DNA of 64,000 nucleotides, taken from NCBI GenBank assembly GCA_964450885.1, contig CAYVFE010000001.1, positions 310,572 to 374,571 of the forward strand. The letters run 5' to 3'. Positions 1-9,100 of the stretch are shown piece by piece (the first letter of the stretch is position 1; the number at the start of each line of letters is the position of its first letter). A program made the position numbers and the translations under genes. The notes beneath the pieces are model-generated. The model was not told the origin of the DNA and did no database searches. It saw nothing but the letters and a program-made list of their open reading frames with translations. This DNA comes from an uncultured Gammaproteobacteria bacterium (lineage in GTDB: Bacteria > Patescibacteriota > Microgenomatia > Levybacterales > GWA1-39-11).

Positions 1-570
1 AGAGAATCCAGATATCTTCTCAGTATCACCCCCGGTGAATTAGAGCGATTTATTGAGCGCGGAGAAAAAGCTCTGAGCGGATTCTATGATGAAAAGGCAG
101 CGCATTGGACAAGAGACGTAGAGTCGGAGCTTGATATAAAAGGAGTCAGGATAAATGACGATTTATTTCTAAATGGAAAGATAGATATGGTAGAACCTCT
201 AGAAAAATCGGGAAAAGTTGCGGTTATAGATTTCAAGACTGGCAGTGTTAAGTCAAGAAATGTGATAGAGGGAAAAACAAAGGATAGTCTCGGAAATTAT
301 AAAAGACAGCTCGTCTTTTATAAGATACTTCTTGATAGATACAGAAATGGATTCTTCAAGATGGTAAATGGTGTCATAGAATTTGTCGAACCAAATGAAA
401 GTGGCACATATAAGAGAGAGGTATTTGATATATCAGATGACGAGACGAAAGAGCTACTGGAAAAGACAATTATAGTAAGCCGCGAGATTATAAACCTTTC
501 TTTTTGGAAAAGTAAATGTGATGATAAAAAGTGTAAATACTGCCATCTCCGTGACTATATAGCCTCATAA
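1..570 (+). CDS. C-terminal fragment of a PD-(D/E)XK (RecB-family) nuclease domain protein; the 5' end lies outside the window
   Basis: The frame is open from nt 1. Motifs 'GKIDMVE...VIDFKTG' and 'RQLVFYKILL' (QxxxY) match the RecB nuclease. A C-terminal Cys cluster 'CDDKKCKYCH' is AddB/Cas4-like. Confidence 0.6.
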   Translation, partial: RESRYLLSITPGELERFIERGEKALSGFYDEKAAHWTRDVESELDIKGVRINDDLFLNGKIDMVEPLEKSGKVAVIDFKTGSVKSRNVIEGKTKDSLGNYKRQLVFYKILLDRYRNGFFKMVNGVIEFVEPNESGTYKREVFDISDDETKELLEKTIIVSREIINLSFWKSKCDDKKCKYCHLRDYIAS

Positions 571-585
571 TGGTATAATGGTCTT

Positions 586-1320
586 ATGGCAGAGAACGAT
601 ACTCCTTTTAAAATTCAATTCCTAAAAAAAGAAAAGCTGACAAAAGACACTTATTCTTTTTATTTCAAAAGAGATAAAAAATCGCGCGATTTTATAGCAG
701 GCCAGTATTTCGAGATAAAGCTTAGGATAAAAAATCCAGATGAGCGGGGAGACTCACGCGTCTTTACATGCTGCTCCAGCCCTACAGAAAAAGACCACTA
801 TATGATAACAACACGCATCATCGAAAGTACATTTAAGATAGAGCTTGGCAAATTGAAAAAAGGTGACATCGTGCAGTTTAACGGTCCGTGGGACGATTTG
901 AATTTTGATGAATCAGAGGAGTTGCCACAAGTGTTTTTCGCGGGTGGGATAGGGATTACGCCATTTCACTCGATAGTAAAATACGCGATCGATAAAAAGC
1001 TCGAGCTTCCTATGACGCTTTTTGTCTCGTGGTCTTCCATGGAAGAAATGATATTTGATGACTTTTTTAAAGATGCCGAAAAAAAACTAAAAGACTTCCG
1101 TTATATCCCTACGATAACTCACGCGCAGGACATAAAAGAATGGAAAGGCGAGACAGGACGCATCAGTGAGCGTTTGGTAAAAAAGTACATAAAAAAAGTC
1201 AGGAATAATAAGTTCCGTATCGCAGGGCCTCCGGGACTTGTGAAAGCTATGAAGGAGCTTTGCGTGCAGATGAATGTTCCGAAAGAAAACATAATAGCCG
1301 AAGAATTCGAAGGATATTAG
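586..1320 (+). CDS. Ferredoxin-NADP reductase-like FAD/NAD(P)-binding oxidoreductase
   Basis: FNR-like flavin-binding segment 'RVFTCCSSP'. NAD-binding motif 'GGIGITPF'. Size 244 aa. Confidence 0.6.
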   Translation: MAENDTPFKIQFLKKEKLTKDTYSFYFKRDKKSRDFIAGQYFEIKLRIKNPDERGDSRVFTCCSSPTEKDHYMITTRIIESTFKIELGKLKKGDIVQFNGPWDDLNFDESEELPQVFFAGGIGITPFHSIVKYAIDKKLELPMTLFVSWSSMEEMIFDDFFKDAEKKLKDFRYIPTITHAQDIKEWKGETGRISERLVKKYIKKVRNNKFRIAGPPGLVKAMKELCVQMNVPKENIIAEEFEGY

Positions 1321-1713
1321 ATGAAAGATGAACATTTTGAAAAACTCATCAATGATGGGATCGAGTCTATCCCGAAAGAATTTCTAGAAAAGCTTGAAAA
1401 CGTAGCGATAGTAATAGAAGACGAGCCAACATACGCACAGAGAGTAAAGCTCAGACTAAGACGCGGGATAACTCTTTTCGGTCTTTATGAAGGAGTATCG
1501 CTACTGCGTCGAGGTATGGGATACTCAGGAGTGCTACCCGATAAAATTACGATTTTTAAAAATCCTATCCTGAGATATGCGCGTGATGAGGATGACCTAC
1601 GAGAGATGGTAAGAAATACGGTTTGGCATGAGATAGCGCATCATTTTGGTATGAATGAGCACGAGGTGCGTCGAGCCGAAATGAGAAGGAGAAACTCCCG
1701 GACCAGTGAATAG
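1321..1713 (+). CDS. Putative small zinc metallopeptidase (Zincin_1/DUF1025-like)
   Basis: Motif 'WHEIAHHFGMNE' (HExxH). The ATG immediately follows the upstream stop. Confidence 0.5.
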   Translation: MKDEHFEKLINDGIESIPKEFLEKLENVAIVIEDEPTYAQRVKLRLRRGITLFGLYEGVSLLRRGMGYSGVLPDKITIFKNPILRYARDEDDLREMVRNTVWHEIAHHFGMNEHEVRRAEMRRRNSRTSE

Positions 1714-1908
1714 ACAACAATAATTATCTCCGGATTTACACCTGCTTTGTGACTTTTATTACAAATAGTTTGTGACATTTCATACATACAATAATCCCCT
1801 CAAATTGTAAGATAACTACACTATGAAATTGATCGCAGGACTTTTAAAAAGCATATTCAAAATACCTGTGATAGGAGACTTTTATATAGTCTTGGGAGGA
1901 GGTCTAAG

Positions 1909-2073
1909 ATGAGAGTAGAAATAGTTCCAATAAGTTTTAGAAGATTAAGGCAAAGTAGTGTAGGTAGCTACAAAGATTATCTGGATGAGTTGATAGGTAT
2001 GAAGTTGAGAGATTTGGATAGGGTAAAAGATACGATGAGCCCTCGACGAACTTTAAGAAGAGCAATCACTTAA
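1909..2073 (+). CDS. Small basic hypothetical protein (54 aa), not in the ORF track
   Basis: ATG at 1909 with a strong Shine-Dalgarno 'ggaggagg' 6 nt upstream. Open to TAA at 2071-2073. Confidence 0.3.
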   Translation: MRVEIVPISFRRLRQSSVGSYKDYLDELIGMKLRDLDRVKDTMSPRRTLRRAIT

Positions 2074-2141
2074 TTTATCCGACTTCACAAGGTTCGCTTT
2101 CGAGGGGTAGGACTCTCGAGAAATGTCAAAAAATATCAGAG

Positions 2142-2150
2142 TGTGATAAT
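2142..2150 (+). promoter_or_regulatory. Extended -10 element TGtGATAAT, 11 nt upstream of ATG 2162
   Basis: Sequence match to TGnTAtaAT. Confidence 0.3.
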
Positions 2151-2161
2151 ATACGAGTCAC

Positions 2162-2437
2162 ATGAGTGCAGAGCGTATAGTTCCATGCCAGTTCAATCCA
2201 CTAATAGACTGTGAGGCGCAGTGTACGCTATATAGTAAAGGGTCTCAATTCGTGAGTGAATTTAGTGAAGGATTTGAAATTCCAGAAAGCGCAGTAGCTG
2301 AAAAATTAAGAGCTCAATTTTCGATGCTTGATCCCAGGGAGCAAGACAAACTGATCAAGGGTAAAATAACTATCCTGGGGGAGAAGCAAATTGATCAGGC
2401 AAGCTGCATGAAATTCGATCCGCCACAGAGTAAGTAA
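2162..2437 (+). CDS. Hypothetical protein (91 aa)
   Basis: ORF preceded by an extended -10 element. No recognisable domain. Confidence 0.3.
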   Translation: MSAERIVPCQFNPLIDCEAQCTLYSKGSQFVSEFSEGFEIPESAVAEKLRAQFSMLDPREQDKLIKGKITILGEKQIDQASCMKFDPPQSK

Positions 2438-2452
2438 AGTCTCGTCACCATT

Positions 2453-2461
2453 CAGCCTCAA
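2453..2461 (+). repeat. Copy of the 9-mer cAGCCTCAA (followed by aaaa)
   Basis: Exact 8/9 match to the motif recurring at 6082, 12875, 12895 and 13881. Confidence 0.5.
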
Positions 2462-2523
2462 AAAAGTATTAATATACATATGTTCTCCTATTTTCAAGAG
2501 CATGAGAATGAGATTTGATAATG

Positions 2524-2559
2524 GAAAACATCATCGCTGAAGAATTCGAGGGACACTAG
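2524..2559 (+). repeat. Decayed copy of the 3' end of the FNR-like gene (mini-ORF M-ENIIAEEFEGH*)
   Basis: 30/36 nt identical to 1285-1320 (ENIIAEEFEGY*). The stop codon is retained. Confidence 0.6.
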
Positions 2560-2946
2560 TTATCTAATATACAGATACACTTTATTCTTCAATGCTTTAC
2601 ATTTCAAGCTAGGGAAAGGATAATAGTTGAGTAGTATTCTAGTCCCCATCTTCAATTCTTTGCTTAACTTTTCCTCCAGCTCCTGCATTACGTCTGGCAT
2701 GGGGTATATCACTGTTATGTCGTAGGGTGAAAGATCTACATCCCAGAAATTCTTATTATGTATCTTGATTTTTTTATCGAGTCTTTCTATCTTGATAAGC
2801 TCTCTGGATTCCTTAATTCGTTCTTCATCTAATTCGAATCCATCTACTAGAGCCCCGGATTTGGCAAAAGCTATTGCTATGCGTCCGTCGCCGCTTCCCA
2901 GATCTGCTACTTTTTCACCTTCTTTTACTTTTGAGAGTTCTATCAT
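2560..2946 (-). CDS. Small class I SAM-dependent methyltransferase-like protein (128 aa, possibly truncated)
   Basis: Motif I 'VADLGSGDGRIA' followed by an acidic post-I 'GFELDE'. Unusually short for a methyltransferase. Confidence 0.45.
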   Translation of the reverse strand: MIELSKVKEGEKVADLGSGDGRIAIAFAKSGALVDGFELDEERIKESRELIKIERLDKKIKIHNKNFWDVDLSPYDITVIYPMPDVMQELEEKLSKELKMGTRILLNYYPFPSLKCKALKNKVYLYIR

Positions 2947-3005
2947 AGTTTTTACTCTGTACCGCGAAGTTTTAAAATAAGGAATTAGTGGAATTTTATT
3001 AATAT

Positions 3006-4118
3006 TTACTTTAGCCTTTCAGAAATTATATTTACAAGCTTATCTATTCCATCACCGTTTTTTGCGCTGATGAAAGTTGGACTGAATCTGCTATATGCAG
3101 ATCTGATTTTTTCAATATCGAAATCTTTTGCATTCTCAATCTTGTTAAAGATATATAGTACTCTCCGCCTTTTTATTTTTAGATCCGCAAAAATTTGTTC
3201 TACTGTATATATTTTTTCGTCCTTGCGTGGGTCAGAGCTGTCTACAACGTGTAGGACTAAATCGCTATGAATTGACTCCAGAAGAGTGGATTTAAATGTG
3301 TTTATGAGTTGTGGAGGTAGGTCTTTTATAAATCCTATCGTGTCAGAGATATAGACTTCTTTTTGCAGAGGTTTTAGGTAAAACTTATTTACCGTACTGT
3401 CTAGGGTTGCGAAAAGCGCGTCTTCAACGAGATCGCTCTGCCCGGATAGCTTATTAAAAAGTGTGGTCTTTCCTGCATTTGTGTATCCGACCAGAGATAG
3501 GGTTTTCAATCCACCCTTTTTTCTATGATCTATCTGCTCCTGTTTTCTCTTAGACAGCGCATTGAGTTCATCTTGAATCCTCCCCTTTTCATTTCTCCAG
3601 TGCCGAAGCATCAGCTCAGTATTACTTTCCCCTGATCCCTTTGCGCCGATTCCTGCTGCTTGGTTAGACATCTCCATTCCCATACCATAAATCCTAGGTC
3701 CCATTTGTCTGAGCTTTGCAAATTTTATCTGGAGTTTTGCTTCAGCGGTTTTTGCATGCTTGCTAAATATTTCCAGAATCAGACTAACTCTATCCCATAC
3801 GATGATTTGTGGATTCGCTTTTTCGAATGCGAGTTTTAGTTCATGTACCTGTCCAGGTTTTATCGAGATATTTATGACTACTATATCTATCCTTTCTTTT
3901 TCTATTAGATCTATGACTTCTTCCACTTTACCGTGACCGATAAAAGTTCTTCTGTCACCACGGGTGCTGTTTTGAACTACTGCAGAAAATACTTTTCCTC
4001 CGTATGTATTAACTAAAGATTCTACTTCCTCAAATTCGGAAACAATGTCCTCGTTATCCTCTCCAGGATAGGACAATCCGATAAGCATAACTCTGGGAAC
4101 AACGGGTGGAATATACAT
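3006..4118 (-). CDS. hflX: GTPase HflX
   Basis: HflX N-domain 'FIGHGKVEEV'. G-domain 'LVGYTNAGKTTLFNKLSG', 'DTIGFI' and 'NKIE'. Confidence 0.85.
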   Translation of the reverse strand: MYIPPVVPRVMLIGLSYPGEDNEDIVSEFEEVESLVNTYGGKVFSAVVQNSTRGDRRTFIGHGKVEEVIDLIEKERIDIVVINISIKPGQVHELKLAFEKANPQIIVWDRVSLILEIFSKHAKTAEAKLQIKFAKLRQMGPRIYGMGMEMSNQAAGIGAKGSGESNTELMLRHWRNEKGRIQDELNALSKRKQEQIDHRKKGGLKTLSLVGYTNAGKTTLFNKLSGQSDLVEDALFATLDSTVNKFYLKPLQKEVYISDTIGFIKDLPPQLINTFKSTLLESIHSDLVLHVVDSSDPRKDEKIYTVEQIFADLKIKRRRVLYIFNKIENAKDFDIEKIRSAYSRFSPTFISAKNGDGIDKLVNIISERLK

Positions 4119-4164
4119 TCAGCTACATTATAACTTATGCACTCATAAGAACGCTCAGAAGCAA

Positions 4165-4197
4165 AATATAAACTCCGAAGAGTTCGAAGGTTACTAG
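4165..4197 (+). repeat. Second decayed copy of the FNR-like gene 3' end (..NINSEEFEGY*)
   Basis: 20/23 nt identical to 1298-1320. The differences are synonymous (gaa>gag, gga>ggt, tat>tac). Confidence 0.55.
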
Positions 4198-4224
4198 ATT
4201 GTTTTGTGGGAGTATAATGTAATT

Positions 4225-4626
4225 ATGAGAAAAGGTTATCATTCAAATATAGAGATTCTAACTGACGGAAACGAAAGTTTTAGAAAAGTCCTTTATACTG
4301 CAAAAAATTGCCAGCTAGTTCTGATGAGTCTCAATCCGTTAGAGGAGATAGGCATGGAAGTACATGATGATGGTGATCAATTCTTTAGGTTTGAAAGCGG
4401 CGAGGGTAAAGTCACTATTGATGATGCGGAATATAAAGTGAAAGATGGTGATGCAGTCATAGTGCCTGCAGGAAGCAGGCACAATGTAGTAAATATTTCA
4501 GAGACCGAGAAGTTAAAGCTTTATACAATTTATACTCCACCTCACCATAAGGACGGGATAGAAAGAGTTACGAAAGAGGAAGCCGAGAAAGACGGCCCGG
4601 AATTTGACGGAACGACTACTGAATAA
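4225..4626 (+). CDS. Cupin domain protein
   Basis: Cupin motifs 'MEVHDDGDQFF' and 'VIVPAGSRHNV'. The likely ATG is at 4225, 6 nt after TATAAT at 4213-4218 (the ORF track starts at TTG 4204). Confidence 0.6.
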   Translation: MRKGYHSNIEILTDGNESFRKVLYTAKNCQLVLMSLNPLEEIGMEVHDDGDQFFRFESGEGKVTIDDAEYKVKDGDAVIVPAGSRHNVVNISETEKLKLYTIYTPPHHKDGIERVTKEEAEKDGPEFDGTTTE

Positions 4627-4692
4627 CCCCAGCCTCCCTCCGGCACTAAAGTTTTGGCGGGCAGGCAAAATATCGCATTGAGGGTCACTAAG

Positions 4693-4701
4693 TGGTAGAA
4701 T
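4693..4701 (+). promoter_or_regulatory. Extended -10 element TGgTAGAAT, 6 nt upstream of ATG 4708
   Basis: Sequence match. Implies a leaderless transcript. Confidence 0.3.
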
Positions 4702-4707
4702 TTTTGC

Positions 4708-6075
4708 ATGACAAGCGTGGAATCATCAGAAGGTCAGTTAGCTTCTCCCGACCCGCTTAAAGAAGTCAAAAAAGAAGCAGCGAAAATCATAGGACTAGGT
4801 AGTGAAAGAAATCTTCAGGTATATATAACGATTTCCGGAGCTTTGCATGAAGGAATTCCTTCTATAGATCTTCTGGGAGAAATTGAGAGATCAGACATAT
4901 TGTCTTTGGAGCTTCCTTCAAATGTAGTTAGAGCCTTTGTGCAAGGGACCGAGACAAGAATTGATGATAATCCGTTTTGGGGAACTTCTATCGAAAATTC
5001 AAATTCAGCCGTGGGGGTAAATAATAATCGTGGTGCAGTAAATGGAATTAGGATTCTTGACGATAGGGTGCGTGAGGGGCAGACGATTCCACAAAATGTT
5101 CCCGATGTTGCAATAGGGGCAGCTAATATAAAGTATGGAAAAGGAAAAGACCTGGAGAGAGTTGAGATTTCCGAAAGTACGCTAATAGAAAATCTGAGAA
5201 AACAGCAAGAAGGTTTTGATGATATTTTTCCTGCAAAAACGATGGTGATGCAAGATGGCAAAGAATATTACATCCATATTAATAGACCAGTTGAAAATGA
5301 AGCATCGGCGCTTTTAATTACAGGGGGTTATATGCTCCCGACACAGTACATGATGGAGCGTGGTGAAGATATTTTTGGGGAAGAGACAGGTGGTATTACC
5401 GGAATTGAACTTTGTCAATTTGCGTTAAGTCATTTAATAAGAATGCAGGTCGATAAAGTTCAGGTAGAAGGTATGTTAAAAGACCTAAGAAAGAAGATGA
5501 GTAAGTATGAAACTGGTTCAAATATCAGACTAGTACACCTAGGCGGAGCAGCACACAATCCTAATATTCTGGGTATTTTAGATGAAGTTTTTGGTGAGCA
5601 AGAGGAAGTTAGGATAAATGAATTACATGATGAAAGAATGCCTGAGCCGGCTCTAGATAAGCTCACTTTTTTCGGTAGATTTATTCCAGCTCGGGACGCA
5701 CTAGAATGCGCGTCAGTAGTTGAGGATCAGGTTGTTGTAGATGTAGGCAAAACTGATGCTTTACTGCAAAAATTGGCATCAGAGCATGCAGATAAGCTTT
5801 TAGACTTTGCTAAAAGGGAAAAACTAGCACGGGACTTTGAGGATACTCTGCCTGAGTGTGATAACAGTGGTCAGGTAGAATATTTTGCTGTGCGAAGCTT
5901 GTTGTCTTTAGTTACTCCGGATGAAGTTGAAGGATCAGCATTACCTGATACTTCATATCCTTCTATGCTAGCGGAATACATAATTGAAAAGTATCCTGAT
6001 AAAAAAGACAGGGTAGAAAAAGTAACTGCGCAATATAATGATCGCAGATTTAATTTCCCACCCAGAAGACAATAG
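4708..6075 (+). CDS. Hypothetical protein (455 aa), no recognisable domain
   Basis: Long ORF with coding-like composition and its own promoter-like element. Sits at the edge of the defence cassette. Confidence 0.5.
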   Translation: MTSVESSEGQLASPDPLKEVKKEAAKIIGLGSERNLQVYITISGALHEGIPSIDLLGEIERSDILSLELPSNVVRAFVQGTETRIDDNPFWGTSIENSNSAVGVNNNRGAVNGIRILDDRVREGQTIPQNVPDVAIGAANIKYGKGKDLERVEISESTLIENLRKQQEGFDDIFPAKTMVMQDGKEYYIHINRPVENEASALLITGGYMLPTQYMMERGEDIFGEETGGITGIELCQFALSHLIRMQVDKVQVEGMLKDLRKKMSKYETGSNIRLVHLGGAAHNPNILGILDEVFGEQEEVRINELHDERMPEPALDKLTFFGRFIPARDALECASVVEDQVVVDVGKTDALLQKLASEHADKLLDFAKREKLARDFEDTLPECDNSGQVEYFAVRSLLSLVTPDEVEGSALPDTSYPSMLAEYIIEKYPDKKDRVEKVTAQYNDRRFNFPPRRQ

Positions 6076-6081
6076 CACCCG

Positions 6082-6090
6082 CAGCCTCAA
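6082..6090 (+). repeat. 9-mer cAGCCTCAA (followed by aaa), left flank of the defence cassette
   Basis: Lies 28 nt upstream of the -10 element of the PLD-SNF2 gene. An inverted repeat CTCAAA-N9-TTTGAG follows. Confidence 0.5.
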
Positions 6091-6114
6091 AACCCTCGCA
6101 TTTGAGTTCAGGAA

Positions 6115-9100
6115 GTGTTAAAATCTGGTATGAGTAACTTTATTACGAATAATGGAAATTCAGATCTTAAGCATCGCTTGGTAGAATTGATTAAGAAAAG
6201 TGACGAATTAAAGTTTCTTGTGGGCTTTTTCTATTTTTCAGGAATCAGGGAGCTATATGAAGGACTGAAGTCAAACCCAGATACTGTTATCAAGGTTCTG
6301 GTCGGCTTGAATATAGACAAAGCAGTGTTTGGATTAGTTGAGACTGAGAGTGAAGAAGAATCATCTGATGAAGAAAAAATATATAAGTTTATTGAATCTA
6401 TTAAAAAATCTCTTAATACTGAAGAATTTGATACGGAGGAATTTTACGAACAAGTACGTTTCTTCATCGAGCTTATCCAAAAAGATAAGCTAATCATTCG
6501 TAAAACTTACAACCCAAACCATTCAAAGCTTTATTTATTCAAATTAGAAGAGAATCAGGCTGTAAAAGAATTATTTATAACGGGCAGTAGCAACTTAACG
6601 AGGGCAGGACTTACCACTCAAAATGAGTTCAATGTGGAGATTAGTAGTTATGGCTTTGAAGATGCCGAGAAGTATTTTAATGACCTCTGGGATGAGGCCG
6701 TAAAGATTACAGAATTTCAAGAAATCAAAACAAAATTAGTTCAAATCATTGAAAAAGAAACTTTAATAAAAGATGTTACACCTTTTGAGGCTTTTTGTCT
6801 GGTTTTGAAAACCTATCTGGATACTTTTGAAGAAAAAGAAATAGGTGAGACATTAATAAAAACACTTGAAGAAAATGGGTATACACCATATCAGTACCAA
6901 TTAGATGCCGTTAAGCAGGCGCTGGCTACTATTGAAAAGAACAATGGTGTAATCGTGGCAGACGTTGTAGGACTTGGAAAAACAGTTATTGCTTGTGCAA
7001 TATCAAAACAAATTAACAAACGTGGCATTGTCATTTGCCCCCCAGGACTCATGGGTGATAGAGATGGAGGTTCGGGATGGGGAAAATATCTTGAAGAATT
7101 TGGACTTGATAATTGGAAGGTGTGGTCGCGCGGGGACCTAAAGATGGCTTTGAATTTTGTAAATAATGCAAAAGATATAGAAGTAGTTATTGTAGATGAA
7201 GCTCATTGGTTTAGAAATCAGGATACTGAAAACTACGAATTGCTTAAGAATATCTGTCGAGAAAAAAAGGTCATACTGCTTACAGCAACCCCATTCAATA
7301 ATCGTCCAGGAGATATTCTTGCACTACTAAAGCTCTTTATAACACCTAAGAAATCTACAATAACTCTTGAAAGCAACTTGGTCGATCAATTTAAAGCTTT
7401 TAAAGGAATGTTTGATCGACTCGGCTATATAAGAAAATATAAAAATTCTCTAAATGAATCGAAGAGATTAAAAGCTCATGCCTATTATAGATCTATATTC
7501 GAGGAAGACATCGTTGACCTGGAAAAAGTTAAACAAAAAGCTGGTTATCTTGCCAAACAAATAAGAAACGTTATAGAACCGGTGACGATAAGACGGAATA
7601 GATTAGATCTACAAAATCATCCTGTTTACAATAGTGAAGCAGATAATCTTTCAAAGGTTGATGATCCGAAGGAGTGGTTTTTTAAATTAACAAAAGAACA
7701 GTCGGAATTTTATTCAGAAATTCTCGAAGAATATTTTGGCGATCCAAATGAAGGAGGTAGATTCAAGGGTGCAATTTATCGACCTTTTGAGTACGAAAAA
7801 GGACTCAAATCGTTAAGTACAAATGAGGCTGAAGAAAAATTAAACCAAGATGATAATAGAGCCTTCCAACAACAGAGAAACTTATTCGACTTTATGAGGC
7901 GATTATTAGTTAAACGTTTTGAGAGTTCGTTTGGTTCATTTGAACAAAGCATAAAGAATTTTAAACAGATTACTCTAAGATGCCAGGAATTTGTCAACAC
8001 AACAGGTGAATACATACTTGATCGTTCACTGCTTGAAAAAATTTACGAGCTTGAGGCTGAAGAGATAGAAAAATATTTGTTAGAGTATGAAGAAAAAATA
8101 ACGAATGGTGAATATCCTAAAACTCACAAACGTTATAGAATCAAAGACTTCAAGAACAAGGAAGAGTTTATCCTAGACATTAAAAGCGACATTGACCTTT
8201 TTACAGAAATATTGGACAAATTAGCAAAATTAGAATTGGTGAAATATGACCCAAAAACAGAATGCCTACTGGAGAATTTACATGAGGAGTTCTCCAAAAA
8301 ACCTAATGGTGATGAACCCAAAAGAAAAATTATTATCTTTAGCGAATATGTAGATACCGTTCGATACCTTGAGGAGACACTAAAACAACACTATGGTAAT
8401 CGAATGCTTGTAGTGGCTGGAGATCTACCTAACTCAAAAATTGCCAAACTAAATAAAAACTTTGATGCCTCACATTCAGATCAGGATGATGAATTTGATC
8501 TTCTTTTGACTTCAGACAAAATTTCTGAGGGTTTTAACCTCAATCGTGCTGGAATGGTGGTAAATTATGATATTCCTTGGAATCCAGTGAGAGTAATACA
8601 GAGACTGGGACGAATCAATCGTATTAGTAAGAAAGTGTTTGAAAATCTGAATATTGTAAACTTCTTCCCTACAGAAAAAGGAGCAGAATTAGTAAAATCT
8701 AGAGAAATAGCGGCAAATAAAATGTTTCTTATACATTCAGCTCTTGGGGAAGACTCAAAGATTTTTGATTCAGACGAAGAACCAACCCCCGCAAGACTTT
8801 TTAGTAAAGTTCAACAAAATCCCGACGAACTTGAAGAGGAAAGTTTCTATACAAAAGCATATAAGGAGTATATGAAAATTACCAAAGATAATCCTGAGTT
8901 ATTCGAGAATCTCAAGAATTACCCCCCCCGCATAAAAGTTGCTAAAAACGGAAAGGAAAATGAGCTTTTGGTCTTTTTCACTAAAGGAAGATTGTATGTG
9001 AGCGGAACACAAACAGATCAGGAAAATATAAATCCATATTATCTGGTATTCGAAGATGTATTTGAGAAGATTATTTGTACGCCGAATGAAGAATCTCTGG

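Noticed and set aside
4627-4680. Possible terminator hairpin after the cupin gene (GCCTCCCTCCGGC ... GGCGGGCAGGC)
   Set aside because: The stems pair only imperfectly, with an indel, and no T-tract follows. It is not convincing.
4815-5261. Antisense or overlapping ORFs in the track (e.g. 1087..1335-, 4815..5261-, 7776..8015-, 14294..14647-, 16054..16389+, 17552..18052+, 23139..23486+, 35683..36066+, 39613..40113-)
   Set aside because: They lie wholly inside longer, motif-supported genes on the other strand or frame. Their compositions are low-complexity (Ser/Phe/Leu-rich), typical of shadow ORFs in AT-rich DNA.
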